Below, piece by piece: positions 12,230 through 25,267 of a stretch of 64,000 nucleotides of DNA. How positions within the stretch are numbered: the first letter of the stretch is position 1; each line of letters opens with the position of its first letter. The stretch is from assembly GCA_951406725.2 (NCBI GenBank), contig OX597832.1, forward strand, positions 2,294,001 through 2,358,000. Reading direction: 5' to 3'. Made by a program: the position numbers and the translations under genes. The DNA is from Octopus vulgaris. Its lineage: Eukaryota. Under the pieces are notes generated by a model, which saw only the letters and a list, made by a program, of their open reading frames with translations, was not told the origin of the DNA and did not search any database.

Positions 12230-15042
12230 GTAATTGTGCTTATTTCATCCTTTTTCTTTAATGTTGAAGATATTAACTACAAAATGGAGAATGATGCATA
12301 AGAAAATAATATGAATTTCAAAGTTAGTTTGATGGCTTTCAAATAGAAAAATCAAAACCACTGTACTTAGTATTTATTGACCTGAAGAAGGCTTTTAATA
12401 TTCCACCCTCTGTAATCTGTAGATGAATGGTTTGCGAGAGTCATACAAGTCTAGTACAGAGATAAAGGTGTTGTCAGCAAGGTGAGAGTTGGCAATGAGT
12501 TTCATGAAGAATTTAGCATGCAGATAGGTGTTCAAGATTCAGTTTCAATCCCGTCTTTATTATTATTCTCTAACAGAGGGGGTTGAGTCTGTCACAGAAT
12601 TACAGAAAAAAAATTTCATACATAGAAACAAAGCCTAGAATCAAGTTGTAAAAGTAAAACTGACAAAAACAGTTTTTAGTTAAAAAGAAAGAAGATAGAA
12701 CTCTGCTGCCATCTTGGAAATAGCCAAGGGCAGTATGAAGAAAAGGAACAGGTAAGAATTGCATGATATACACTATAGTTACACAAAAGGTACATTGGAA
12801 TTACAGGCAAGCTGACAGAGACAAACTTCATATTTAACAAATGCACAGGAATAATAAGTAAGAGCACTAATGAAATATATTCTTTCAAATTCTCAGAGGC
12901 TCCCTAGAAATATTTGCTCCTTAGCTGACCTAATTATCAATGGAGGAGGATGTTTAGAAAGTATACAAACCAGATTAAGAATAGGTAAAAAAGTTCAGAA
13001 AGCTGTTACCTATTCCGGCAACAAATAGATATTCTTCCTAAGAGAAAGGCTGAAGTGCAACATTGCATGATAGAAAAACATGAACATTGAATGCTGGGTG
13101 TGTGCAGCTAAATGTACACACAGAGTTCAAATGAAGCAGAATGCAGCAAATGTAGTTTTAAAGTGTTCATTTCCTGTGCATAATAATATTAATTTTTTTT
13201 TAGTGGGGGAATATTTCCCATTCCTCGAAGAAATCTTCCAACATCACATCAGTCACCAATGTAATGGAGTAGTTTTGGTGCTAGAATGTAATTTGATTAA
13301 AGTGTTACCAATTTTAGTGTGTTACTAAATAAATACACAACATGGAAAGTCAAGAAAAGAGTTGCATCTGTGAGGCATTGAGGAAATACAACAAATAAAT
13401 CAGAATAAACATCATAATTTATTTGGGTTGCAATGAGAGTAGGCAATTGTATGTTGGAGTCAAGGAAAGAGGCCAATGGACTTAATATTTACACAAATGG
13501 GTAGAAGCATACCACGATAAATGTAGTAAAAAGGTTAAACAGGCAAGTTCCATCAATAGAGAATAATGGGATTTGACAAGCAAGCTTAACGTTATACTGA
13601 AGTTTACTGTGTTAAGTTGGTGAAATAACATAGCTGTTCATGTTGAAGTATGCCATCAGGGGTAGTGTCCTTCCAAAGTCCTACTGAAAATAGCTGTGCA
13701 CTTGTCAAAGTTTCCTGCTAACTGCTAGCTAAATATTGAAAAAAGGTGTGAAAGTTGCTGTTTGTATTAATCCGCAACCAGCTTTAATTGGCTGAAGTTG
13801 CCGTAGTACTACAGTGCTAATACATGACAACCAAATAGAACTTCCTTGACTCACTATAAGTGTATTGTTGATGGGTATAGTTGATTATATTTGAAACCAG
13901 AAGGATGAAAGATAGTTAACTTTGGCAGAACTTAAACTGTGAATATAAAGGGTCATGACTAAACACCACATATCATTTTATTTGATACTCTAATAATTCT
14001 ACCAAGCTACTAAATAATGAAAATGTAAATTGACTTATATATTACCATACTGTACTACCAATCATCACTCCCTCTGCCTTGAGCCACTTCCTATTGATAA
14101 CAATCCTTCATTCATACTATTGACTCTCATTCACCAAACTACCTTCACTTCCTACACTTTCTTGTAATTTTTACCCACCTGACCTGACCCTTCTGTCACC
14201 TTGCTCTCTTCTATTCATTATCTTGGACTTGAGGATATATTCTGGTTCCTCAACACCATCTTTATGTCTCTCTTTCTAGCATCAATACACCAACATATAA
14301 CACAGAGTAGCTATAAATCTCCTATTCAGCCTACCCCACAGCCCTTGTTAATATTCTCTGAGTTGCACTCACAAACCACTGACACTGCTCTTTCTCTGAG
14401 CTTCCCCACTAATATCCTTTCACAAGAAACCTGCTCCTTCCATCATACTTTAACTTCTTAACACCTTGCTAGTCTCCACCCTATCTCTCTTAATTTTCTT
14501 TCTCAGGTCATGGAGGTGTTTCTTAGTTTTGCACATTAATTGTGACTTACGCTGGTGCCATGAAAAAGCACCCAGTACACTCTGTAAAGTAACATGTTGG
14601 TGATAGGAAGGGCTGGATGCCGAGTGAACACCATAAATTGTTGGAGCAAAACATGGTCCTCTGACTCATTAGATCCTGTCAAACCATCTGGCTTATGTTT
14701 GCATACACAGCAGGCATAAAATGATGGTATTAATGCTGTTAGAGTGAAGTCAGGAGCACTATTCTGCAATAAACTATTCACATAAATACTAAAAGTTAGT
14801 CTCACTTTTAGACTATCAATTTCATCATCCAGGTAAATGTTAATATATTTAGTCAACTCATGGCCCTTAATTTTCTATTATCTAATTCATTATTCATATG
14901 ACATTATTTAGAACTTTAAAATGATAAAAGCGTATTCTTTGTTACTGTATGATGACCATTAGAACAGGTTCTATTATGAGAGACTACATGACCATATGTA
15001 GTGTAAGCATAATCTGTATATTTTTCTATATTTTTCTCATAG

Positions 15043-15226
15043 AATCTTAGCTGTGCCACTGACTTTCCGATGTCTAAGTAAATCAAATCCTGAACAACAG
15101 CAATTGATTGGTCATCCCCACATCTTATACCTTCCTAACAACATTAGTGGTGGCACTTTGTATAATTGTGTTGACCAAATAGTCCATACAGCCCTGCAAT
15201 ACACAATCGCTTTTACCATGGAAGAG
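15043..15226 (+). CDS. USP deubiquitinase exon (ILAVPLTFRC...LIGHPHILYLP...FTMEE)
   Basis: ttctcatag| acceptor and GAG|gtttgt donor; phase 2/0; LIGHP is similar to the LFGxP motif of USP4/15/32 inserts. Confidence 0.85.
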
Positions 15227-15283
15227 GTTTGTACTACTTCTGTTTGTAGATTCTTACATTTATTCTTATATTTTATTTTAAAG

Positions 15284-16670
15284 CTAGCAGAATTGCTCGG
15301 CGATGCTCGGGGCTGAATTGCTTGAAAGTACTGTTAATGATTGCACTGAATTATGATGATTATTCAGGCAAATATTGATATAAGTTTATGGTGGGAGATA
15401 AGGACTTAACAATAAAACGTGTGCCATTGCATTGTTTTGGGGGAACCAAATTTCTAATGAGCATTATAGGGGCACCAACTTTAAGTTTGAGAATGTGTGG
15501 TGGTAGTCCGGGTGGCTCAAAGGAATTGAGTACCTCTATTGGATAGTTGATGACATCCTCTGGGTCAGGAGTTGTAATTATAGACTTATATACATAGACA
15601 TCCCCAGGAATGAGTTTTAGCATTTCATCATTAATATGGTGAACAGTTTTATTCCTCGGGGCCAGAATAGCCCTTTGGCCAATCCAATCCATATTCTGAT
15701 AATTAGCTTGTAGATCTGGGAACACTGCGTCTCTGAGATCAGAAGGCGTTTTAACAATGGTACAAATGGAATCGATGGCAATATTACCATTTTCATCCCC
15801 TGGTATTTTGCCTTCACCAAGTGCAAGGAGGGTGTGAGAAAATGCTGCTGATGTGATATTACGTCGCATATGAGCACGCATATTGGTGTGAAGTTTGAGA
15901 GTCTTCACCAGTGGCCACAATGTGGATGACTTAAGACACGCACTTACTGCATCAGCTCTAGTCCCTTTGGGAATAACGGGAAGTGTTTGTCGGAAGTCCC
16001 CTGAAAGAAGAAGTGTTATGCCTCCCATGGGAGCTGAAGAGTGTTTGATGTCTCTGAGAGATCTATCTAGTGCCTCAAGAGCACCTCTGTGGGCCATCGT
16101 GCATTCATCCCAAACGATAAGCTTGCATTGTCTGAAGACTTCTGCCTGATCGGAGCTGTTACTGATGTTGCAAGTTGGTGTCTCAGTCTTCGCTAAGTCA
16201 AGCGGAAGCTTGAAAGTGGAGTGAGCTGTCCTGCCACCTGGCAACAAAGTAGCCGCAATTCCAGATGATGCCGCAGCTAGGGCAATGCCTTGTGTTCGCC
16301 TAATCTCAGCCAATATTAATTTGTTGAGAAAAGTTTTCCCAGTGCCCCCAGGAGCGTCCAGGAAAAATATCCCTACAGCTTTGGCCCAGTCTGAATTAAC
16401 AACAGAGTTGTAAGCGAACTTCTGTTCTGGAAGGAGCTTTGGCTCATTGTCGGCTATGTACTCGGCAAGCTCGTCAACATTAAAACATGTCTCACGCAGC
16501 AAATGTGAAGACAGAGTGTTTGTGCCTTCCCGGTTTGTTGAAGGTAGGCCATAGACCGGCAAGGCACTACCGCCCATATCAAGTACAGTATCTTCGAACG
16601 TAGTTTGTTGCCACACCTGCCCCTATGTATATGTGTGTGTGTGTGTATGGGTAGATATATTATGCATGTA

Positions 16671-16701
<31 letters not shown>

Positions 16702-17664
16702 GTGTGTGTACATATTACATGTACATCTATATATATATATACATCTACACATAAAATACAAAATAGAAAGTTATATCTTGATATCGCTAGTGATAACAAT
16801 ACTCAAAATATATAACAGACTGGAATTGTAGGCCCGTCTCTTGCAATTTCGATCAATTGGATCTTGTCCTCCCTCTTGTATAGAAGTGTACGGCTGCAGC
16901 GAAATTCATTTTTGGACTTTCTTCTATCAAAGGCATTTTAACAAAAATGCTTCCGTAAAGACGGTGAAAATATTGTCAATTTCCCCAAACAGGGACACAA
17001 TTCAATTTTAAAACAATAACCAAAGCCCCTTCTCCGAAAGGGGGAGGGTTACGGTTTACAATTATTTAACAAATGCAACACAACAACGTTTCACTGACGA
17101 GGAACCAACAAACGTGATTACAATAGTCAAACAGTAATAATAATAACAACAAACCTTTTTAATGTATCCCCATTTATGTGAAACCACTTGTTCAAGTCAT
17201 TGATGCAATTTTATACGAATTGCTAATACACACACACACAATAAGGTTGAAAAATTGAATATTAATTTGATTAATATGAATTGAAAACCAGTGGTGTAGC
17301 ATATAAGACCATAGCGGATCTTTCTCTAGCAAAAAGGATGACCAGTATTAATTGCTCATCCCTTTTATATAAATACTTTCACTTTAATTGCTGCACACTT
17401 GCAAAGAGAAAGGAGGAGAAAGTGTAGTGGTAATGGTAAGAGTGAAGCACTTGAAATGAAAGAGGGAAATCATAAAATATTGAGTTTTCTCGAATTTTTG
17501 CTTAATTGGGGGTGAAATTGAAAAAACTTTACATGCCATGACCCAATGGAATCTACTTGGAAAAATGATAGGTAAATTCCAATTGAAGAAATTCTATATT
17601 GTACAATTGTATAAAAAACGAACGGTTTGGGAGGCAGAGAAAATCTGCCTTTTATCATAAGAGA
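15284..17664 (-). mobile_element. Helitron (internally deleted, PIF1 helicase retained)
   Basis: Minus strand starts A|TCTCTTATGATAAAAG and ends with an imperfect hairpin CCCGAGCATCGCCGAG followed by CTAG; contains a PIF1 ORF. Confidence 0.88.
15360..16616 (-). CDS. Helitron PIF1-family helicase ORF (partial; no Rep domain)
   Basis: FLDAPGGTGKTF (Walker A), ASSGIAATLLPGGRTAHS, IVWDECTM, GDFRQTLPV, LKVGAPIMLIRNL...CNGTR; C-terminal motifs truncated. Confidence 0.9.
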   Translation of the reverse strand: MWQQTTFEDTVLDMGGSALPVYGLPSTNREGTNTLSSHLLRETCFNVDELAEYIADNEPKLLPEQKFAYNSVVNSDWAKAVGIFFLDAPGGTGKTFLNKLILAEIRRTQGIALAAASSGIAATLLPGGRTAHSTFKLPLDLAKTETPTCNISNSSDQAEVFRQCKLIVWDECTMAHRGALEALDRSLRDIKHSSAPMGGITLLLSGDFRQTLPVIPKGTRADAVSACLKSSTLWPLVKTLKLHTNMRAHMRRNITSAAFSHTLLALGEGKIPGDENGNIAIDSICTIVKTPSDLRDAVFPDLQANYQNMDWIGQRAILAPRNKTVHHINDEMLKLIPGDVYVYKSIITTPDPEDVINYPIEVLNSFEPPGLPPHILKLKVGAPIMLIRNLVPPKQCNGTRFIVKSLSPTINLYQYLPE

Positions 17665-17706
17665 TTCATTAATATTTTTTTCTCTTTCTCTTGTTTTATC
17701 TTCAAG

Positions 17707-17939
17707 GGTCTACAGTGTTCTCGATGTCCATCAGTAAACCAATGTGTTGGTTGTGTTGTCCAGCGCACTGGTCAAGTTACTCTCCAACCTGGTGATCATC
17801 TTACCATTACTTTTGTTACTGTTCCTGCTGAACAGGGTCAGCTCTTGGAGCAGAGTGTAATTGATCATGAATCTATGGAAAACCTACGTCCAAATACTCC
17901 AATGTCTCTTTATGATTGTTTCACAGCATTTATGCAAAG
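17707..17939 (+). CDS. USP deubiquitinase exon (GLQCSRCPSVNQCVGC...SVIDHESMENL...SLYDCFTAFMQ)
   Basis: cttcaag| acceptor and AG|gtatct donor; phase 0/2; CxxC-x5-CxxC and DHES resemble USP32-type inserts. Confidence 0.9.
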
Positions 17940-18605
17940 GTATCTGTATATTAATACGAGTGTGAATTTATGATTTACATGTATAGATTTAAATTTTATT
18001 ATGTTATATGTTTTATTATATTTGGATCATATATTTATTATCAATTCTGCTTACTGAATATTCATTAAATATTTATTAAATTGAATCATCATCATCATAC
18101 ATCTGCTTTCTGTGTTGGCATGAGTTATTCATTAAATACAAAGTAACATCTACCTGATATATAAGATTGCTTGCTAAGAATTTGTAAATCCAGGAGGACC
18201 CTTTATAAAAATACTGAAATCATTCTGAAATTAATTAGCAACACATTGTTACTTATTAATATTCTGTTGGGTCTCTAGAGTAGGTTTAACATATATATAA
18301 AAATGTCAATTCATTATTTTGTTTTCTTAGACTCACTGTATCTAGAGCCTGTAACAATTGTTAAATAAAGATATGATGACCAATATTATTAGACACAAAA
18401 ATGTTTCTTACATAAACATGAAAATTAAAATTTTTAAAAGAATAAGCAGAGCATAAATTTGACATTTTCTCATTTTATGAGCAATGTAGTCAAGTTCTAA
18501 GAACCACTCTTACATTTTCCAAGATCTTATCATAATATCACAGTGCGTACCTATCAAAAATAACAAACAGTTTTTCTATTAGTTCCAATATTTCTTATTC
18601 TTCAG

Positions 18606-18722
18606 TGAAACACTAGATGAGCACAATCCTTGGTATTGTCCAAACTGCTCCAAGAACTGCCGTGCTAAGAAAACAATGACTGTCTGGCGATATCCTGATA
18701 ATCTTATTATATATCTAAAACG
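18606..18722 (+). CDS. USP deubiquitinase exon (ETLDEHNPWYCPNC...TVWRYPDNLIIYLKR)
   Basis: USP finger Zn motif WYCPxC and LIIxLKRF box; ttcag| and |gtaaaa; phase 2/2. Confidence 0.95.
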
Positions 18723-19564
18723 GTAAAATTAAAATGCAACCTACTTTGATATTTTGAATGTTGGAGTGTGTAATATAAGGTCATAAGTCTGTTACCTGGT
18801 GGCACATATAGAGCATATGTTATGAATCTAATGTAATATATATTAAATATGAAATACAATAATTATGTTTTAACAAGTTTATTCAATATTTATCAAATTG
18901 ATTATTATTGCCTTAAAAATTTTTTCATTTGACTTATGACCATATATGTGTTCAATGAGTTATTTTTTAATGCCAACTAAAATTAAGTGTAATGCAAACT
19001 TTGAGGTTATGTGTTGTCAACAAAGATTTTTTTTCATCTATCAAAGGACAAATTTTATGTTTAATAAATGCAATACTTTGTTACTGTACATGTGGGCAAT
19101 CAGCAGTAATTGAAAAGAAAAGAATTAAATATGCACCAGAGGACATGCAAAGTTAATTTAAAAGAATTGAGTGAGAAGATTATTTCAAAAGCATTTGATG
19201 TAATTTTTTCAACAAATAAAATAACTACATTGCTATGGGCATGTAGCATGTCTGAATTATAAAAGGTTGTTAAAGAGTACCAGTTAATGGATGGTATCTA
19301 TAATAAATATAAACCAAGAAAACTGGCAAAAGAATAGTTCCTCCAGATATAAGATTAGGCTTTTATTACAAAGATGATGCTATAGATACATGCACCCATG
19401 TCATCATTGGCATTGTATGCTATTTAAGATTGCTACCATGCATAAACTGAATTTCCTAGAGCAAATTGTCCTAACTTTATAGTGATATTTCAATTTGAGA
19501 TTTAAGTAAACTCTTTGTTACTTTTTAGCTATTATGTTTATACTATCAGTTTGTTCTTTCTTAG

Positions 19565-19710
19565 GTTTGTATTTCATGAACTTACAAGTACCAAAATTGA
19601 CAATTTAGTGACATTCCCTCTTGAAGATTTAGACCTTAGTCAGTTCACTTCTGGTCCTCACACCAAGAACTTGCTTTATGACCTACACAGTTTTGTGTGC
19701 CATTTTGGAG
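19565..19710 (+). CDS. USP deubiquitinase exon (FVFHELTSTKIDNLVTFPLEDLDLSQF...YDLHSFVCHFG)
   Basis: USP VxFP...LDL and YDL...H motifs; tttag| and |gtaagc. Confidence 0.95.
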
Positions 19711-19807
19711 GTAAGCTAATAAATTCTCAATTCTTAGGCATAATATTTGCTTTTAGTTTCACTTAATATATACATGTTCATCAAATTTTTATTTTTATCT
19801 CCTGTAG

Positions 19808-19951
19808 GGTCTAATTCTGGTCACTACACCTGTTACAGTAAACATCCTATTGAAAACAACTGGTACTACTATAATGATGAGAATGTTAGCCAGCACATGC
19901 CGAGAGATGACCATTTGAGTAGCGCTTATGTTTTGTTCTATGTACGACAAG
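19808..19951 (+). CDS. USP deubiquitinase His-box exon (SNSGHYTCY...WYYYNDENV...SAYVLFYVRQ)
   Basis: Catalytic His (GHY) and ND motif intact; ctgtag| and |gtaagt. Confidence 0.96.
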
Positions 19952-20454
19952 GTAAGTAGTTTCTTATTTATTTTGGGAAGGACAGACAGTGAGCATAATT
20001 TTTTTTCAAGTGGCAGGTGGATAAAGATGGGGAAAAGAGAGAAATGTAGTGAGTGGTGAAAGTGGAGGAAGTAGATGTGGAGATAATAGTTTGCTACAAA
20101 GATAATGTGAAGTGGAGAAGGAGAATGCAAGGGAGATGCACAGAGCCAATGATGAATTCAGAGGTACATAAGCTGAGTGAAATAGTTCCATAGTCAGAAA
20201 AATGAAGGATAGAGGGTATTAGGCAGATGATTTGTTAGGAGGGGTTCATATACATATATATACATCTATATGCGTATGTGCCAGTGGAGAGCATCCTCAA
20301 ATGCAGTCACTGTATGCAAGACTGCCACTCCCATGTAGGCTTGTACTGCCACAGCAGTCACTGCACCATCATCAGCAACTGACACAAAACTCCCCAGGTG
20401 CAGATCAATGGTCTTTCAAGAACAACGGATGCCTGTTGTGTGTGGTGTGTGTAT

Positions 20455-20730
20455 AGGTGAAGACACATGGCTAAGTGGTTAGGGTATTCAGCTCAAGATT
20501 GTAAGGTCATAAGTTTGATACTTGGTGGCACATTGTGTCCTTGAGCAAGACACTTTATTTTAGCTGGCAAAAATGAGTTGTACCTGTATTTCAAAGTCCA
20601 GCCTTGTCACATTCTGTGTCCTGTTGGATCTCCCAGAGAGCCATATTAACGGTACACATGGCTATGGATCTGTGGAGTACTCTGCCTCTTACATGTTAAT
20701 TTCATGAGTAGGCCGTTCTATTGATTGAAT
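20455..20730 (+). mobile_element. tRNA-derived SINE
   Basis: A-box-like tggctaagtgg, degenerate B box, and tgtgtccttgagcaagacac core shared with other SINEs in the window. Confidence 0.6.
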
Positions 20731-20739
20731 TTCATAATT

Positions 20740-21875
20740 CCCTCTATTGATTCTACTCATGTTTACAGATTTTGAGCCGAGATAGTCCCTAATTTTCCAT
20801 GAAATTAACTCTAATGATAATTTTCCTGAACTAGATTTTGATCATTTAAGTAAAAGTCATTTTGACTCTGATAATACAGTTTAAATTAACACCCAATTTT
20901 AATATCATATGATTCTGCTTGTCACTCCGTTTCTTAACACATTCATAACACTTCCACAGGATTAGTTGGGAAGTGGGGGGGAGGTAGTGGTGAGTGAAGT
21001 GTAATTTTTTTTTTTTTGTAATGAGTTTTTTACCTCTGTTAATTAACTTATCTGTTACACTTTTACATGATTAGTTGAAGGGAAAGGCAAAGAGCAAAAG
21101 AAGAAAGAGGGAGAGTGTTGTGTATTAAGTCTATAAAATTGTGCATAAAGTATATAAAGTGCATTAGGTAATCATTGTAATCCAATTTCCTTCACTTTTC
21201 AGTGATTAGCAGATGAGTAAATATCTTTTGACACAGATGCAACACAGGCTACGCTTTTAGGTTCTTTGGATAAAGTTTTCAGAAATAACCCAATAGGATT
21301 ACCATTAATTCTGTAAAATATTCACGGGTCCCACTAGTTAATTATAATACTAATAATAATCCTGCTTTAACACCCAATTCTGAGAGAGGGATTAGTATTA
21401 ATTCTTTTAAGCATGAGTATCAAATAGAAGTGAATAAATACCTGTGTAATTGTAAAAACAAAATTATCTGTCCTTTAGAAAATCAGTGTTTAAGGAGAAA
21501 TATAGTGTATCAATGTGAGATAATAATAGGGGTACATAGGTTCGTCTGCTACAATTTAGGTATAGAAGAAAAGGTAACTTTACAAATCTTAATAAATGCA
21601 TTTGGGATTTTAAAGATAAGAACATTTAAAAGGGTCCATTATTAGTTATGCGTCGTTGTACAATATTGGCAATTCTACATTTTGTATTTTTATTGTCTAA
21701 TACTCTGAACTTCTCAAAATTCTTACAAATGATATTTGGATCTACTTGTCATACATAAGGAATTACCTTGGATGTGTATTCTACTTGCATTTATTGGTGT
21801 CTGATTTTTTGGTATAGTTAACCAAATTCATTTAAAACCAAGTGCTTTATTGATATCTGCCTGGATCAATTTCCT
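20740..21875 (+). mobile_element. Decayed Penelope-like element fragment (GIY-YIG region plus terminal repeat)
   Basis: CNCKNKIICPLENQCLRRNIVYQC is typical of the Penelope endonuclease N-terminus; terminal region homologous to 6335-6500. Confidence 0.6.
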
Positions 21876-22936
21876 TTTATATATTTATTTATATACACAC
21901 ACACACACATACACACATATACCCATGCATGTATTATTATAGTAAAAAACCTCAGAAAGCTACCCCAAGTTTTCCTGGCTGAAATATTAATTTATTTCAC
22001 CATTTGTCAAATTGGTAAAGAAAAAATCAAAAACACTGGTAAGGGAATTAACTTCACAGTAAATATAACTAGTGTCTTACAAATATCAAAAATTACATAA
22101 ACCAAGAGTGGAATGGTTTATAAAGTGTCAGGTTGTTTATCCTTAATTTCTGCTAAGATGTCTTTTGTAAAATGCAGAAACAAAGAAAAAATCTCATTCC
22201 TGGTATTGACATAATAACAGGAGGCTCTTAAGATTTTTAAAGGATGCAGTTTTTCAAGCCAGCATATGGAGCATTTTTTTTAACCATTAATGTACTGTTT
22301 GGTCTTAGAAAGAATCTTCCATTTGATGTACCTGGCATTCTCATCCTTAAGTTTCCAGATGATACACATGTATGGTTCAAATGAACTGAAAACAAAAAAT
22401 GGAGACAGGTGATAGAATAACAAGCAGGTGTATTGGTTTGATGCTCAGGGAAAATGGAAAGGTCTTTGATGTTACAAGCCTACACTCTTCAACAGAAAGG
22501 GATGAGAGGGAAAAATAGAGAGAGAAATTGAAAAAATATATATGTATGTATATATATTCACCACTTAAAGGTGGATGTTGTATTAGAACACTCAAATACT
22601 GCATTAGAACACAAATACTGTGATGTTTACCAAGTGTGAAAAACTCTATGGGTTTTTTTTTGTGTGTATAAAAACACATCATAGCTATCACCAGTGGCAA
22701 GTTATTTAGTGTTGTGTAAAACTACCCATTTTCAAAACCAACCAAATTACTGAAGTAAGCCACTTCCAACTACTTAATACTCATTTTAGTTAATTTGATT
22801 TAGGCAGATTAGGTAAGATGCAATTAGCTGTCTTGCTTTGGTGTGCAATAGTATTTGTAGTAAGGTTTGAATTCCAATGTGATCATTTTATCATTTTATT
22901 TCTGTGATATTCACTTATGAAAACTTTGTTTTTCAG

Positions 22937-23232
22937 ATACTAACATTTCCTTCAAGATTCCTGATAAGTCCAGTTACCATTTTATTGATTCCGTATCACA
23001 CAGTCCTTCATCACTCACAGAAACAACTCAAAATATTGAAAAAAATGAATCAAGAACTCAGTCAATGGCATTAGTACTTTACCAACCACAACCTATGCGA
23101 GCTGACAGTGCATTATATGAGCTTCCAAAAGAGGTTCCTAAAGATAAAGACACTAGTTTGTCACCAACGCATACAGAAAAAACACCCACCGAACAAACAG
23201 AACCTGATAGCACCTATGATTTCTATTCCTAA
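22937..23232 (+). CDS. USP deubiquitinase terminal coding exon (TNISFKIPDK...SMALVLYQPQP...DSTYDFYS*)
   Basis: tttttcag| acceptor; phase 1 matches the previous exon; ~98 open codons to TAA; AATAAA at ~23765 and ~24216-24233. Confidence 0.85.
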
Positions 23233-24385
23233 ACTCACTTATGTTCTTTAAGTTTTGATTAACAATGCTCCTGTGTCAATCATGAGAGAAGGCATTAAAA
23301 CAAGACGATCTTCCCCAACAGTCATCAACAAGCTACCATTGTCTGTATACCAAAAAGTATTTTCAGGATTTAATGTGATGAAAACCATCTGTACCATTTG
23401 GAAAATTGATCAGAAAAAATTTGTACTGACATCTCCAGAAAACTTACAAATATTTTCAGTTATCAGTATTAGCTAAATTCAACTCAGTTTTGCATTATCA
23501 TGCTGATATGATTTTGCTCACCTGCTGTAATTAGTGGAATTTTTGTTAAAAATACTTTGATACTAAAATAACAATATATCTATCATTATTTATTTAGTCT
23601 TTATATATTGGTACATCTAAGGTGAATATTTCATTAAGTGTGACTATAAAAATCTTAACACTTTCTTATACTTCTAACTGCCTGTGCATCAGGTACTGCA
23701 TCTTACTACTTTCTACTTAATTCCCAATATTTTCAGCTTTAATGTCCATTTTCTTAAAACTCTTAATAAAAATAATTCAACATATTTTCAACATACATTG
23801 ATTGCGATATATCGTATGTGATTTGTGGTGACTGTTGAATGTGTACGTCTGTACAAATGCATCTGTTATACATGCTCATATAAATTTCATGTATTAATGC
23901 ATAACAGTTTAATTAAATAATTTATCTTACATGTGTATATGCAGAAATGGCTGTAAATATATTTATTTGCAGAAATCTGCATGTGATTACATGTAGATAG
24001 TTTTAAAGTTCAGTAAACATGAATGTAAGATAACATGCAATATTTATCAAATTGATATCATATTCTTCTGTTTCTTATTTATTGCTTTTCTTCTAAAAAC
24101 ATATTTATTTAAACTAAAATTTTGGTGGCTATTTGACTTTAAACACTCTACGGTCTTCCAGGTCACCAGAAAGATCACAGTGTGAAATTAGAGAAGTGAC
24201 CACAATGCCAGTTTAAATAAATATTTGAATAAAATTTTCACCACATCATAAGAACTATCTTCCACTTTCATTTACAAATGGCAACATATGTTTGTATACA
24301 CACAAATACAGACTTGTACCTGTGTATATGTGTGTATAGGTATGTATATGTGTGTATATTTGTGTACAAGTATATATATATACTT

Positions 24386-24601
24386 GGAGGCGCAATGGCC
24401 TAGTGGTTAGGGCAGCGGACTTGCGGTCGGAGGATCGCGGTTTCGATTCCCAGACTGGGCGTTGTGTGTGTTTATTGAGCGAAAAAACACCTAAAAGCTC
24501 CACGAGGCTCCGGCAGGAGGTGGTGATCCCTGCTGTACTCTTTCACCACTCTAAAAGGCGGTGCTCCAGCATGGCCGCAGTCAAATGACTGAAACAAGTA
24601 C

Positions 24602-24617
<16 letters not shown>
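24386..24617 (+). mobile_element. Young CpG-rich tRNA-derived SINE with LINE-like 3' tail
   Basis: A box TGGCCTAGTGG, B box GGTTTCGATTCC, tail ggtgctccagcatggccgcagtcaaatgactgaaacaagta plus poly(A). Confidence 0.85.
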
Positions 24618-24672
<55 letters not shown>

Positions 24673-25267
24673 ATGTGTATGTGTACATATACTGTACTGC
24701 ACCAAGGCAAACCTCTCTTACTATCGTCCTGGTCCGAACAAAACTGTATAGGTACAGGCATAGCTGTGTAATTGAGAACTGTACTTTGTCATCACAATTT
24801 TTGGGTTCTCTTCTCTCTCTGCTGTACCTTGAGCAAGTGTCTTCTACAGCCCCAGGCTGACCATAGCCTTATGAGGTGATCTGGTTTGCAGAATCTATGT
24901 ATATGTATTTATGTATGTGTGTATCTATATATATATATTTATTTATTTATTTATATGTAAGCATAAAAAAATCAACTTTAAGAGTGTAATAAATCCCAGG
25001 TCAGACTAACTTGCATGTATTTACATAATCAGCTATAATGATTTTTAAGAGCAACATACTCTGTGTTCAACAGCTGTTTCATTAAGATAAACTTTATTAA
25101 ATGTATAATTTCATAATTGTGATACATAATTTAATTTGTAAACTGTGTGTATCCAAATCAAGAATGTTATGTTGTGCTAATCAGAAAACCATTACTGATT
25201 TAAATACATTAAGACAAAGAGAAAGAAGAAAAAAGCTCTAAATAAACAGGTATGTAAAATACCAATG

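Noticed and set aside
15360-16616. Host PIF1 helicase gene
   Set aside because: Intronless, truncated and enclosed by Helitron termini, so it is transposon-derived.
17094-17116. ctgacgagg...aaacgt hammerhead-like fragment in the Helitron
   Set aside because: It lacks a correctly placed GAAA and stems.
24386-24460. tRNA-like sequence with A and B boxes
   Set aside because: No complete cloverleaf or acceptor stem; it continues into a SINE body and LINE-type tail.
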